A stretch of 64,000 nucleotides of DNA from Octopus vulgaris (lineage: Eukaryota), in NCBI GenBank assembly GCA_951406725.2, contig OX597820.1, forward strand, positions 111,972,001-112,036,000, given 5' to 3'. The position numbers were made by a program, and so were the translations under genes. Positions 38,740-52,953 of the stretch are shown here, in pieces (the stretch's first letter is position 1; every line of letters begins with the position of its first letter). The notes below the pieces were generated by a model, which searched no databases, had not been told where the DNA came from, and saw nothing but the letters and a program-made list of their open reading frames with translations.

Positions 38740-40053
38740 CACCTAGTCAACCCTAACTGCAACACCACTGCTAAAAGAACTATTATGTCTAACAAACGCA
38801 CATGCACAACTATATCATGCATATTTGTTTATAAGTATATATCTATAATACATTAAAAATGAAGTTCAATCCTGCTTGCAATGCTATACAGACAAACTGG
38901 CACATAATGGGAAAATACTTTGAAAATAAAGTGACCCTGAAATGTGAATACAAATGGAGTAAAACAAATTTTGCACAAATCAGACCAGTGGTTACTGAGG
39001 TATTCGGTATTTTATGGTATACATACCCAAAACGATGCATAATTGGAAAATACTCTGAAAATATCTTAACCCTGAAAGGAAAGAAACTCTAACCTTTCCA
39101 TTAGACACATTATGAGGAGCAAAATATTTTAAAGTGAAAATAACTTTTAAAAATATGGTAAATATTTTGTGAAAGACCTGTTTATGACCTCAGTGTGAAA
39201 CACTTTTTTTCCATAGGTTTTTTCAAGAGCATTCAACATATTTCACCTCCAAAGATTTAACTGCTATTTCTAGCACGCCCTGCTACCATGCAACAGCTTT
39301 TTGCAATAAAGGACCTGAAATACCTATTACGTGATAGCAGAGCATGCAAGAAATAGCAGCCAAATCTTTCCTTTTCTGGGGAAAGCTGTTTATGCGTGAT
39401 TTCAATGTCACATTTGTTGAAAGCATGTGAAATAACCGGGAAAAGAAAAAAACCCACAAAACAAAACTCCATTGCTGGGAAACTCAGACTAATATATATA
39501 TAGTCTTATATATATAATATATATCCCATCCAACCCATGCTAGCATGGAAAACGGACGTTAAACGATGATAATGGTGATATATATATAATGTTTTTTTTT
39601 AAATACATACATTACCAAAACACATGCATCTGAGTCTGTCAAGGGTTGACCAACACATTGGAATATAACTCCTTTCTGGAAATTCTCCCCTGATGAAATT
39701 TCCCAGTCTCAATATGAAAATTTTAATTTAATTTCTCAAATTGAACTAATAGGAATGACTGTAGGGATAAAAATTTCATATATTGATTTGATATCTATAC
39801 GTTAATTTCTTCATTTTCTTCTTTTTCTCATTCATAAATATTTTAAATATCAATATACACCAATGCAAAACTAAAAGTATTTTGTTTTCACTGAAGAATG
39901 GTATAAATCAGAGAACTAAGATGCAAACATCCCTTAAAGGATTAAATTGGCATGATTAAATTGAATTATATATATATACATATGTATATACTTTATTTAT
40001 TTCTGCTGCTTTTAAATAAAGCATATTACTCTACCTCTGTTATATATATATTC

Positions 40054-40433
40054 TTACTCTTTTACTTGCTTCAGTCATTTGATTGTGGCCATGCTGGATC
40101 ACTGCATTTAGTCGAGCAAATCGACTCCAGAACTTATTCTTTGTAAGCCTAGTACTTATTCCATCGGTCTCTTTTGCCAAACCGCTAAGTTACGGGGATG
40201 TAAACACACCAGCATCAGTTGTCAAGTGATGTTGGGGGGACAAACATAGACGCACAAACATATATATATATGATGGGCTTCTTTCAGTTTCTGTCTACTA
40301 AATCCACTCACAAGGCTTTGGTCAGCCCGAGGCTATAGTAGAAGACACTTGCCCAAAGTGCCACACAGTGGGACTGAACCCGGAGCCATGTGGTTCGTAA
40401 GCAAGCTACTTACCACACACCCACTCCTACACC
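40054..40433 (-). mobile_element. SINE family B
   Basis: Reverse complement of 37785-38193. Confidence 0.85.
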
Positions 40434-40499
40434 TATGTGTGTGTATATATATATATCTATTCTTTTACTTGTTTCTGTCATTTGATAGTGGCCATGGTA

Positions 40500-41035
40500 C
40501 ATATTCTTAGTGCAAATTTTTAAGAGTGTAGTTTGATTTTAAGAGTTATTTTTTTCAAAGCTATAATGGAAGTGACAAAGGAATATATTTGGCATATTTT
40601 GCTCTATGAGTTCAATTAAGGCAACAACACACTGGAAAGTTTGAGGAGTATGAATGCAGTATATGAGGATTGGATAATGTGTGTAAGCCAGTGTCAACGG
40701 TGGTTCCAGAAATTCCGAGCTGGAAACTATAGCCTAGAAGACGAGCCTCATCCTGGAAGATCTGTAAAGCTCAACGAGGATGTCCTGCAAACCCTTAAGG
40801 AACAAAATATCATTGTAACTGTTGAGGAACTATCAGAGAAGCTAGGATTTGGTCATTCAACCATTCATCAACACCTGTGTGCTATCCGAAAAGTTAGCAA
40901 AGTCAGTCAATGGGTTCCTCACAAACTTTCAGAGTCTAATCGAGTGCAGAGAGTAAATGTGTGCTCTTCTTTGCTGTCACATCTCATGAATAAAACTTTT
41001 TTTGGACCGAATAGTAACTGATGATGAGAAATGGT
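40500..41035 (+). mobile_element. Mariner transposase N-terminal fragment
   Basis: QRWFQKFRAGNYSLEDEPHPGR, WVPHKL, then shifted VTDDEKW; same family as 47297-48158. Confidence 0.85.
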
Positions 41036-41388
41036 GTAGCCATGATGTTCTGGTGATCTGAAGAGCTAACCTTCTATATCTGCATTGTAAATGATGAAGG
41101 CTCTGAAATGACTGTAATCCTACAGTTATCAAGTGGTTATATTAATATATTTACTCTCATATCTCCTGACATTTTATGATCTCTATACTCCTCATGAAAT
41201 AATTTCATTGATTGGATCTCTTGGATTTCAGCTGCAGATAACTCTGTATGATAGCCAGGTCCACCACAGGCATTTCTATGATTACCATAGGATTCCATGA
41301 ATCTATATATTGCTCTACAAATTTATATACATAAATATACACATACATATATATCATATACACACACACACATATACACACCCTCAAA

Positions 41389-42360
41389 ATGAAACGTATA
41401 TTAGCTAATACCCATAAAACATGGGAGAAGGCAGGTTGCTCTTGCAGGGTGTACAATGACTGTCCAGTGGGAGGCCAATGCAAGGCCAAGGGAATCATCT
41501 ATGAGGCTGTGATGATACCCAGACTTAGCGACCACAGTAATAGCAGCAATGGAACATCTAACAACACGGACGGTATTGGAGGCAGCGACAATGGCAGAAA
41601 CAGCAGCACTGATGCCAATGATCCCAGCACCATCACTACAGCCGGAGAAGATGACTGTGCCAATACCAGCAGCATCAGCAAGGCTACCAGCCCCACATCC
41701 ACCATTACCAACGATAGCATCCACATCACCATTGGTGACAATAGTGGCAACACTATAGCCAGGGACAACTACAGCCACAGTGGTATTGCTGGACCAACAC
41801 ATCGTAAGGGTAGCAACACTGGTGGCAACAGCAACATCCCCAGGCCAGGAGCCAACCGATGATGTGCCAGTAATGTGAGTGCAACCAACACCCGAACTGG
41901 AAATATATCAGCCAGGGCAGCCTTCAAGCAATGCCTGTACAACCACAGATCTTTCTTGAGAGTTCTGGAAAGATGATTTGTCACATCTCTAGCCAGCCAT
42001 TTGTGGTGCCTCAAAGATGAAGGAATTCCAAACAATATTAAATGGAAGATATTAGAGCAGCTGAGACCCTACATCAACAGGAGTGTATGTTGCAAGCTTT
42101 GCATAGCCAAGTGAGTAAGGATATTCAAAGACTCCCTGAAACCTGGTCACTGAATACTTGCCAAGCACTACCAAAAGCAACCCAAAAGCCTACAAATAAC
42201 TGGTCTGAAAGATAACCTGTCCTCTCTGACACTGGACTTTTTATTCTTCGATGACCAGTTGACCAAATAACCATAACAGATTTCTGCCTCCCAGAGGTGA
42301 AGAGTTACATTTGTCTTCGGCTTTAGAGTCTGATGAGATGTCCATGAGACACAAGCCTTC
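41389..42360 (+). mobile_element. Penelope-like GIY-YIG endonuclease region and 3' end
   Basis: CSC...CPVGGQCKAKGIIYEA, FKQCLYNH, TSLASHLWCLK, IKWKIL, CKLC; CTGATGA near 42330. Confidence 0.8.
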
Positions 42361-42604
42361 ATCATCATTGTTCGACCGTGGTCGAGACAATGGAATTTAC
42401 CATGCTACGCCAGACTTCACGGTCCATCATAGCATTACGGAGGTCCTGTTGCTGGATGCCTGTATCCCTGGAGATTACATCAGGGTAGGAGAGTGTGTGC
42501 CCTCTGGTATTGCGAGTAGATGGCTTCCAGAGGAGAAGAGTAGAAATTACCTTGTTTTCAGCTCTACAACAATGTCCAGCAAACTGGACTCTCCTACCTT
42601 TCAT
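42361..42604 (-). mobile_element. RTE-type LINE extreme 3' fragment
   Basis: RRVQFAGHCCRA...LLLWKP...AMMDREVWRS followed by TGATGAT. Confidence 0.75.
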
Positions 42605-44202
42605 TGGTCACTCTAAGACTGGACATTAACTTTATTACTTTAATATGTATATATATATATATATATATATTTATACACACACACACACACATATATGTGG
42701 CACCTTGGGCAATTATCTTCTACTATAACCCTCAGTCAAGAAGATTTACTAGAAAGTGAAAGAAGATATTCGTATATATACATACACTGTGTTCCAGTCA
42801 AAAAGCTGCGACCATACTGGGGTACTGCCATTTAGAATACAATATATTTATATGTATGTGCGTATCACCTTTTCTTGACATTGTATGATGTTAGAAAAAG
42901 AGTGTCACTGCAAGATAGTTGACAATGCATGAGAGCTGTAAGAGGGTGTCATTCATTTCCAATATTCTGGAAGAATTTGTTTGGAAACACACACACAAAA
43001 CAAGCTTCTTCAATTACTTTCTGCCAATTTCACTTGCGAGGTATAGGTCAACCCAGTTATAGTATAGGATGTTGGCTGACAATGTCCCTGCAGCATATCG
43101 GAATTCCTAACTATGTAATTCTTAAGTAAACTTCTTCACCACAGTTAATATTAACTGTAAGAATTTAAGGCAGTGAACTGGCAAAATTGTTAGCATGCTT
43201 TGTGGAATTTCATCTGCTCTTATGTTCTGAGTTCAAATTCCATCAAGGTTGATTTTTGCCTTTCATCCTTTCAGAGTCGATATAATAAATTCTGAGTACT
43301 AGGGTCTCGCCAAAACAAGCCTTGAGCCAAAATTTAAAACCAATATTAATTATAAGAATAAGACAGAATTGCTAAATCAGTGATGTTAAAATTTGTATTT
43401 ATTTCAAAAGAAACATAAATCAGAAACACAAATGTGCTTGTGATTGGGTTTGTATACTGTTTTAGGGTAAAATTATGAATTGATGTAAAAAAAAAAAAGA
43501 TACTAAAAAATACTATACAAGATTGTAATTATTGTTTTTTTCATCATTATCCTTCTTAATTTCATTACTTCTATAATGTATATTCAAAAAATTACAACAT
43601 CGCTGCTTTATAAAATGCAAGAAATATAGAGAAAATTTTTAAAAAGTATACAAATTAGTTATTTTGTCTTTTTTTTACTTTTTTACTATGTTTAAAATTG
43701 CTTTGCTTCATGGTAATATCACAGTCATTCTGGAAAGTTCTCATCAGTCAGGAGGATTTGTAGGGTGAAATTATAGTGTTCATCAGTATTATTGGGTTTA
43801 TGTGTTCAAGTTAGTTTGTCCAAATTGTCATGGGTTAATACAAGCCTGCAATACAGTCGCTTTCCACATCTCTTCATTCAATACGTATTCCATGAGGTGA
43901 TTAAAATAAAATATGGTTGTTCTGGTGATATTTAAGAAAAAGGTTATCATTGATATTGTTTGATTTTTTCTTTCTTTAATTAATTTTTTTCAATATGCTT
44001 TGATTGAAGTGTTCAGCTGAATAACGTTTCTTCTTAAAGTAATAAAAAAGTATTAAAACTCACAGAAAAAAGATATATTCCCAAAAATAGATATCTCCAT
44101 GTGTGTATGTGTGTGTTGGGTATGTGTGTATTATACAGAAGTTTTAAATGTGTAATTTCTGTTTTTAATTCCTGAAACATTCATTCTATTGTTGGTCAGT
44201 TT

Positions 44203-44349
44203 CTAGTCCACTTGACATGAAGGACCAGAACATAAAGATAATGTGGCCAAAGTCTGGCTGAGATGCAACACTATATTTGGGTCAGCACTCTTGGCGATGT
44301 TGGTAATTTCAGCAGCATCTTTCTCAAGATCATACATTTCAATGAAGTG
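44203..44349 (-). CDS. GNS: GNS terminal coding exon including TAG stop
   Basis: tacag|CAC; HFIEMYDLEKDAAEITNIAKSADPNIVLHLSQTLATLSLCSGPSCQVD* resembles GNS FVEVYNLTADPDQITNIAK...LQSCSGPTC. Confidence 0.9.
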   Translation of the reverse strand, partial: HFIEMYDLEKDAAEITNIAKSADPNIVLHLSQTLATLSLCSGPSCQVD

Positions 44350-44539
44350 CTGTAAATAAGACAAAAGCATGAGTTGTTTAGATAGATTTTGCAAAACTTT
44401 GGAACAAAGATATTGGTATGTTTAGGGCATATAGTCAAAGATCCATGTTATACACACACACACACACATATATTACATACACATATATATAAATGTATAC
44501 ATACATATATAAATATACACATACACATATATACATATG

Positions 44540-44570
<31 letters not shown>

Positions 44571-44604
44571 GCAACATGCACACAAATACATATGCACACA
44601 CACC

Positions 44605-45459
44605 TATCATCATTGTTTAACGTCAGTTTTCCATGGTGGCATGGGTTGGACGGTTTGACTGGAGACTGGCAAGCCAGGAGGCTGCACCAGGCTCCAATGT
44701 GATCAGGCAATGTTTCTACAGCTGGATGTCCTTCCTAATGCCAACCACTCCGAGAGTGTAATCGGTGCTTTTTACATGCCACTTTTTCATGCACACACAC
44801 ATATATGCATATGCATGCACACACACATATACATATGTACACACGCACTCATATACATATGCACATGTACACATATACATACACACACACAAATATACAT
44901 ACATACACACTCATATATATATATATCATTGTCATCATCATTTAACATCCATTTTCCATGCTGGCATGGGTTGGACAGTCTGACAGGAGCTGACCAGCTG
45001 AAGGGCTGTTGAGGCTCCAATTGTCTGTTTTGGCATGGTTACTGTGACTGGATGCACTTCCTAATGCCAACCACTCTACAGAGTGTACTAGGTGCTGTTA
45101 CATAGCACCAGTATCGGTGCTTTTTACATGACACCATCACCTATGAGCTCGCAAGATTAGGGATGCTCAGCAGGAGAGGGTTGCAGGGGATGAGCCTATA
45201 TGCAAGGGCAACCATGCTTTTACTTAGCTCGACATGTTTTCAAGCACAGCAAACTACTTGGAATCTTGGTTCCCTGCTTTCCTCTCTGTGAGTCCCAACA
45301 TCTGTAGAGCTTTTCTCACTAAGTCATCCCACGTCTTCCAGGGTTTACTCCTTCCACATGTTGTCTCTACAATTAGAGATCAACGTCTCTTGATGCAACT
45401 GTCATCATTCATACACATTATCATACACATTATCTCTCTTGCACACGTATTTATTTATT

Positions 45460-45520
<61 letters not shown>

Positions 45521-45521
45521 G

Positions 45522-45553
<32 letters not shown>

Positions 45554-46070
45554 AACATACACACTCATATAACTACACACACACATGTGTACATGCACAT
45601 ACCTATATAAATATGTATATACATGCAAGGACAGCTGTGTAAAGAAGTGCTGATCTCTAACTGTGAAGGGAATCAGTAGAAGAGGTAGGACCCAGGAAGA
45701 CATGGGATGAGGTGGTGAAGCATGACCTTCGAATGTTGGACCTCACAAAAGCAATGACAAGTGACCAAGACCTTTGGAGATATACAGTGTTTGAGAAAAC
45801 TCATCAAGCCAAGTGAAATCGTAGACATGGTTGATGCCAGTGTCATGTAAGTGGCATCCATGCTGGTGGCGCATAAAAGCACCTGTACAGGTGGCATGTA
45901 GAGAGCACTCATTACACTCTAAGAGTAGTTGGTGTTAGGGAGGGCATCCAGTAGTAGAAACCATGCCAAATCAGACAGGAACTTGGTGCAGCTCTGGCTT
46001 ACCAATTCCAGTCAAACTGTTTAACCTATACCAGCATGGAAAGCAGATGCTAAATGATGATGATGATGAT
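44605..46070. mobile_element. Cluster of three RTE 3' fragments (two minus, one plus) in the last GNS intron
   Basis: RTE tails at ~44605-44780 (-), ~44935-45420 (-), ~45625-46070 (+). Confidence 0.75.
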
Positions 46071-47296
46071 ACAACACATATGAATATATATATATATATA
46101 CACACACATAAATATATATACATACACACAGACACATTATTAGGTGAGGTGGGGACCATGTTTTTGGGTCATATTTTTGGTGGAGTGTGTAAAATGTTAA
46201 AATGCCAAGAGTTCCACAAATGAAGACAAGACATGTCACCATAAAAACTCTATAAAATCTCACCCTTCTATTTTCAGAAAAAGAAATACTATAAACCATT
46301 TTGCTTCCATTGATTCCAGTCAAGTACTGGAATTGGTGCTTTTAACTGACACCATCCCCTCAAATTTGCTGGCCTTGTGCTTAAATCAGAAACTTATCAT
46401 TTGGTTAGATACTCTAGTTGCTGTCAACACTTGCTGAATGGAAGATTGGGTATGCCTTAGCTAATGATGCACAGGCATGTACTAAAGCAGCAATGCCTAC
46501 AGCCTTTAATAATAACAACAACAACAATAATGTGCCTCACATCCACACATCAATACAATTACAAATATCTGCAACATTAGAAATACCTGCAGCATTACAA
46601 ACACCTTAACAAATGAAAGCACATTGTAATCCAAACCGATACGAACAGCACTCCCAAGGCATCACTAATTACACAGCCACAGACACAAACAACAGCTTAA
46701 TAAAACATTAAAAAATACACAGACATTACTTTAAACGAACACATTGCACCACTCTATAACACCTCTACTCACATAAAAATAATAAAAACAATGCAACAAA
46801 CTTACAACAAACTGAAGGCAAAATATCCCAAAGAAGTACAAGATTTCTGTGAGATCATTTAAAAGGTTCTACAAAGAAATGCTTGTGGAGACACCCACAA
46901 ATGGCCAGGACAGAACATCTGTCTCTCCACAGAAATAGAGTAAGTGATTTTCTTCATTTTCTTTCTCTTTAACAAACACAGCCTTGCTCAGAATAGGCTG
47001 TATAAATGCATGTGGCCTGGGGCTACCTTGGAAACAAGAACACCTACTCAATGACCTCAGGTTACTATTTTGATGAAGTAACTATCAGTAAAACCAAACT
47101 AATAATAACAATAATAATAACCATCTTTAACATAGACACAGGACCACATATTCTAGGGAAGGAATTTAGTTGTTGATATCAACTCTACCTTTATTCTTGA
47201 CTGGTATTTATTTTATCTAACCACAGATGAGAAACAAAGTCAAGCTCAACAGGATTCAAATTCGAAATGTAAAGGGACTTAACTAATACCACAATA

Positions 47297-48158
47297 TATT
47301 GGGTCATCCCGTAAATAATGCAGTATTTTCAATTGCATGATTTAAAAGTCAGAGGGGACAGGATAACCTACCTGCATCAACTTGCTATAAGAACAGATAG
47401 TAATTTTCCTTGACTTATTCTTAGTGCAAGTTTTGAAGAGTGTAGTTCGATTTTAACAGTTATCTTTTCAAAGCTATAATGGAAGTGACAAAGGAATATA
47501 TTTGGCACATTTTGCTTTATGAGTTCAATAAAAGCAACAACGCAACAGAAAGTGTGAGGAATATTAATGCAGTATATGGAGATCAGACAATAAGCATGAG
47601 CCTTGATCTGGAAGATCTGTAGAGCTCAACGAGGATGTCCTGCAAACCCTGGTGGAACAAAATCCCATTGTAACTGTTAAGGAACTAGCAGAGAAGCTTG
47701 TATTTGGTCATTCAACCAATCATTCAAGCCAGTGCTAGAAGAAAAATCACCATCTTTTGTTTCAAGATGAAAGGTGTTCTTCCATCAGGATAATGCTCAG
47801 CCACATAGTGAGGATAACATTCCAAAGGCTGGAACAGTTTGAATGGGAAATGATGCCCCACTCACCATATTTGCTGGACATTGCCTCCATCTGATTATCA
47901 TTTATTCCGCAGTCTTCAAAATCATTTGGATGGAAAGAATATGAATTCTGTAGATGAGGTCAGAGAAGTACTAGAGGAGTATTTTTTGTCATGGACAAGT
48001 GAATTTTGGAAGAGGGGCCTTGCAAGTCTACCAGATAGATGGAAGAGCATTGTAGAAAATGAAGGAGACTATATTTTAGATTAAAAGAGAACTTTAACAT
48101 AATTTTGAAAAATAAAAGAAGTATAAAAAATCTGCATTATTTATAAGATGACCCAATA
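47297..48158 (+). mobile_element. Internally deleted mariner with both TIRs
   Basis: TATTGGGTCATCCCGTAAATAATGCAG / CTGCATTATTTATAAGATGACCCAATA; HQDNA and PSDYHLFRSL motifs. Confidence 0.9.
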
Positions 48159-48169
48159 TTTTATCCAGG

Positions 48170-48900
48170 ACAAGATGAAGTACAGAATAAAGAGACACAG
48201 AGATATAGATCTAGATAAAAGATAGATGTCATTACTAAAAAGTGTAGCTGAAACAGAGGCCTTGATATGTTTAGTGCAGGAACAACTGTTGAGAACAAAC
48301 AACAGCAAGCACAGAATTGACCACTTCACAGGATCTGACAAATGCAGAATGTGTGGTGAAACTGGAGAGGAAATGTGGCCTATTTTAAGTTAATGCAACA
48401 AATTGGCTCAGAGAGAAAACAAGAGAAGACATGACAATGTTGCCAGAATGGTTTGCTGAGAATTATGTAACAAGTCTGGGTTGAAAAAGGTGAGAAAATG
48501 GTATGAACATGAACCAAAGGGTGTGGTAGAAAATGACAGAGTAAAGATACTTTGGGACTTCATGAGCCAGTGTGATCATAAAAGACAACATAAGCAACCT
48601 CATATAGTACTGGTAGAGAAAGGAGAAAAAATGAGCTTGATCATAGACATCAGTTGCTCTGGGGATAACAGAATTGTCATAAAAGAAAGTAAAAACTGAC
48701 AAGAAGTCCTGAAGAGACAAATCAAAATGCTATTGTCAATGAAAAAGGTGCATATTGTACCGATAACTGTTGGTGTTCAAGATACTGAGCCAAAAAAAAA
48801 AAAAAATGTTGAAAATGATAGGAATAACTGAAAATGGAGAACATCTGCCCAGAAAATATTATTACTTGGCAGTGTAAGGAGTCTCTACAAAGTTCTTGTG
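48170..48900 (+). mobile_element. Older R4/Dong-clade LINE 3' fragment
   Basis: CRMCGE, RRHDNVAR, KWYEHEP..VVENDRVKILWDF, LIIDISC. Confidence 0.8.
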
Positions 48901-49229
48901 ATATTGAAAAGAATGTACCAACTTAGTTTACAGGATGCGAACAGTACAACATTAATGATATCTCCAACAACAAACTGAATCAGTTAGAGGTAACAATGAT
49001 GATGATAATAATAATAACAATAGCAAGGTGGCGAGCTGGCAGCATCATTAGCATGCCAGGCAAAATGCTTAGCAGCATTTCATCTGTCCTTGTGTTCTGA
49101 GTTCAAATTCCACTGAGGTTGTTTTTGTCTTTCATCCTTTCAGGGTTGATACCAGTGAAAATACCAGGGTTGACATGATTGACTAGTCCCTTCTCGCAAA
49201 ATCTCAGGCCTTATGTCTTCAGTTAAAAC

Positions 49230-51715
49230 AATGAACTCAGCACCTGAACAACTCTGGACCCCTGTAACAACTGAAGGGGTCACCCAAGTACTGCAAAAAC
49301 TAACCAACTGGAAGGCACCCAGGTACGATAAGATCCCCTGCTTCTGGTTAAAATATCTGACAGGAACACATAAAAAACTGGCTGAGAAATTTAATGAAAT
49401 ACTAACAGAGCCAGAGACAATGCCTGAATGGCTCATGGAAGGGAAAACCATCCTAATTCCCAAGTCCATTGAAACAGCAAACCCACAAAATTACAGACCA
49501 ATAACTTTTATTATGATTATTATTCAGGTCACTACCTGGAATCGAACTCAGAAACTTGGGGTTATTAGCCTGCACTCTTAACTACTATACCATATGTCTC
49601 CCTACAATTTACAAAGCCTTTACAGCAATAATACCGCAGAGAATGAGCAAGCATTTGGAAGAAAACAACTTGTTTCCAGAAGAGCAGAAGGGATGCTGCA
49701 AGGGCTCCTATGGCTGTAAAGATCAACTAATGATCAATAACGCCGTAACTGAAGACAACTGCAGAAAGAAGGTCTAAGTATGGCCTGAATTGATTATCAA
49801 AAGTCTTTAAATAGTATTCTCCACAGATGGATCCTAGAAACACTTGGTAGCACCAATAATCATAAAATATATAACACATTCCATGAATAAATGGCCAAGA
49901 GTGCTACAGCTCCAGACAAAAGAGGGACTCATAAAAACCAAAGCCATCCCCATTAGAAGAGGAATATTCCAGGGCGACATGCTCTCTCCACTCCTTTTCT
50001 GCTTGGCACTGACACCTTTAACTAACATGCTAAACAGAACTGGATGCAGACATAAATGTTACAGCAAAACAATCAGTCACCTCTTACATATGGATGACCT
50101 AAAACTGTACGTTACAAATGGTAAACAGCTGGAAACACTACTACTGACAGTACATGGATTTACCAAAGAAATAAATATGAAATTTGGCTTAGAAAAATGT
50201 GCCAAAGCAACCTTGAAAAGATGAGAACTAGTTAAGAGTAGCAACATCACACTAGATAAAGCAAATGAAATAAGAGAATTAGACCAAAGCCAGACATACA
50301 AATATTTAGGAATCAATAAACTAGATATGATACAACACACACAAATGAAAGAGAAAATAAAAAAAAATACTGTAGATGAATTAGATTAATACTGCAGACA
50401 GAGCTCAATGTGAAAAACAAGATAATAGGTATCAACACTAGCCATTCCAGTTATAAGTCACAGCTACAATATCCTTAACTGGACACTAAATGAACTAATC
50501 AAAATAGACAGGGAAGCAAGAAAAATAATGATGGGATTTTGAATGCACTGCCCAAAATCTGACACAGAAAGGTTATATATATACAACGTATCGAAGGTGG
50601 TAGAGGCCTTATACAGCTAGAAAACTATTATAAAATAACCACCATAGGACTACAAAAATATTTACTTCAGAAGCAAGGAAAACTAATACAAACAGCCACA
50701 AAGCACGAACAAAACAAAAAACTGTTTTCAGTCTTTAAAGAAGCTGACAAATACAAAAAAAGAAGTCAAAGTATCTAACAACTATGAAAAAAAAAGAAGA
50801 AACAACAAAAGCTGTAAAACAACTGAAATCCAAACTAAAACTGGAGCAGCAACAGATCATGATAAAACGATGGCAAGAAAAGCCCCTACATGGAAATATT
50901 AGGTTAAACTAAATGCAAAAGAAATAGACAATGCAAAATCCCAACAATGGTTGAGAAGCTCAGGACTCAAAGCAGAGACTGAAGGAATTTTAATTGCAGC
51001 ACAAGATCAAAGTCCCCCACCTGCAAAATTATCAAAAACATATAATGAAAAGAAACAAGTAACTGGAGAATATGTGGAGATGGACAAGAAACAATAAATC
51101 ATATTATCTCTGGCTGCCCAGTCCTGGCTAAGAAGGAATATATTCACAGACACGACAGAGTTAGGACCTATATACACTGGAAGCTATGCCAACATTGTGG
51201 AATAACAACAGAAAAAAAGATGGTATAGACACATGCCAGAAAAGGTCACAGACAATGAGAAAGCAACATACTATGAGAAATTAAGGTCAATAGGCCAGAT
51301 ATAGTTGTCAGAGAACATCAAGAAAAAGTGCTTTCTAATTGATGTATCAATACCAACAGATGAAGTTTCTCTAAAAGAAATGGAGAAACTTTCAAAATAC
51401 AAAGACCTGGAAATAGAGGTAACTCAAATGTGGAGTCTAAAAACAAACAATTCCTATCATAATAGGCACATTAGGTATGATAAAAATATATTCAGACAAA
51501 TATATAGCAAAAACACCATGACTAACAAATATATGTAACATACAGAAAATAGCACTACTAGGCACTGCACACATCCTATGTAAAACACTTTCAATACAGT
51601 AACTATAAGAGCATCACAACAAACTACAGCACATACCCAAGGCACACAGAGCTGCGCTCAGTAGCATAGTGAAAGCACATGATAAAAATAAGACTACTAC
51701 TGAATGATAATAACA
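49230..51715 (+). mobile_element. 5'-truncated R4/Dong-clade LINE (RT plus RLE)
   Basis: NWKAP, NYRPIT|CLPTIYK, EQKGC, RGIFQGDMLSPLLF, HLLHMDDLKL, RHDRV, LIDVSIP, EKLSKYKDL; ends in a TAA-like tract. Confidence 0.9.
49506..49597 (-). mobile_element. ~90-bp tRNA-only SINE or tRNA pseudogene with (AAT)n tail
   Basis: GACATATGGTATAGTAGTTAAGAGTGCAGGCTAATAACCCCAAGTTTCTGAGTTCGATTCCAGGTAGTGACCTG-AATAATAAT; splits the Dong RT motif. Confidence 0.75.
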
Positions 51716-52298
51716 ACAATCGTTTCAACAGAAGGCACAAAGCCGGAGATTTTGTGGTAGGAGACTAGTTGATTATCTCAACCCCAGTGTTTTCTCTGGT
51801 ACTTAATTTATCAACCCTGAAAGGATGAAAGGCAAAGTTAACCGTGGCAGAATTTGAACTTAGAACATAAGGACAAATGAAATACGAAGCATTTTGCCTG
51901 GCATGCTAATGATTCTGCCAGCTCACCACCTTGCAACAATACTACTACTAATAATAATGATGAAGATCAATTTTTTTTTTACCAGTAATATTAATAATGA
52001 AATGTTTTTATCTTGGCACCAATCCACAAATTTAGAAGAAAGTGCATTCTATTGGAATAAGCCCCATGGCACATATGTGGTATATATTTTACTAAAACTG
52101 AAGAATTTAAAATCAAAGCTAACCTAAATAGGATTTGAATTTGGAACATGAGCAAAATGTAATTAAATATAAAAAAAAAGAAAAAAAAGAAAAACCTGAA
52201 CCATATGATTCTAGTTACTTTTTTTTAAAATGTCAATATACACTACAAGTGGTAGGGGGTCAATCAACCAGAGACTTCCATAGAAAGTTAGCCATTAC

Positions 52299-52409
52299 CT
52301 CTTTATCATTAAATTCACAATACTTGAAATTATTCTTTGAATCAATATTCCTGATACAGCCATATGTGTTATTCCAGGAGTCTTCACAAACACAGTTGAT
52401 ATCACAGGA
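52299..52409 (-). CDS. GNS: GNS coding exon (Cys-rich)
   Basis: ttcag|TCC...GAG|gtaatg; 111 bp; SCDINCVCEDSWNNTYGCIRNIDSKNNFKYCEFNDKE resembles GNS CVCEDAYNNTYACVR...YCEFDDQE. Confidence 0.93.
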
Positions 52410-52953
52410 CTGAAAAATAGACCAGAAAATCCAATATAGTTAAAAAGGAAAATATAGTTGTGGATTTAGATGCTTACAGAAAACTACTAAACAGACTATG
52501 CCAATGAAGACAACTTTTGCTACCTTTTTGAAACCAATATCTCTACCAACTGTAAACATGCTTATAACATAAGCAGGTTTACAGTTGGTAGATATAAAAA
52601 ATAAAAAAAACAGAACAACACCCATGACTATTAAAAACATTCTTTCAAGCTTAGAATTGTTGAAGCAAGGAATAAACTATGCTACCTGAAATAAAGCCAT
52701 CAATACTACTGACATGACTATGCACCGTTTCCTCTTTATGACTCTTTTACTGTTCATGTTTTTATCTCTTTGTTTTTTATTCTGTGCATTGTGTATATAA
52801 TTCTTGCCCTCCTTGCTGTCTTTCTTGATTTGACTTAGGGTTGCTTTCTGTCCCCTAATCATTTCCAATGAGTTATAGTGCTTCTTAGAACTATACAATA
52901 TACACTTTATTAACATCATCAACATCATTATTATTATTATCACCATCATCATT

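Noticed and set aside
47881-48084. SETMAR-like host gene
   Set aside because: No SET domain; lies in a deleted, frameshifted mariner with TIRs
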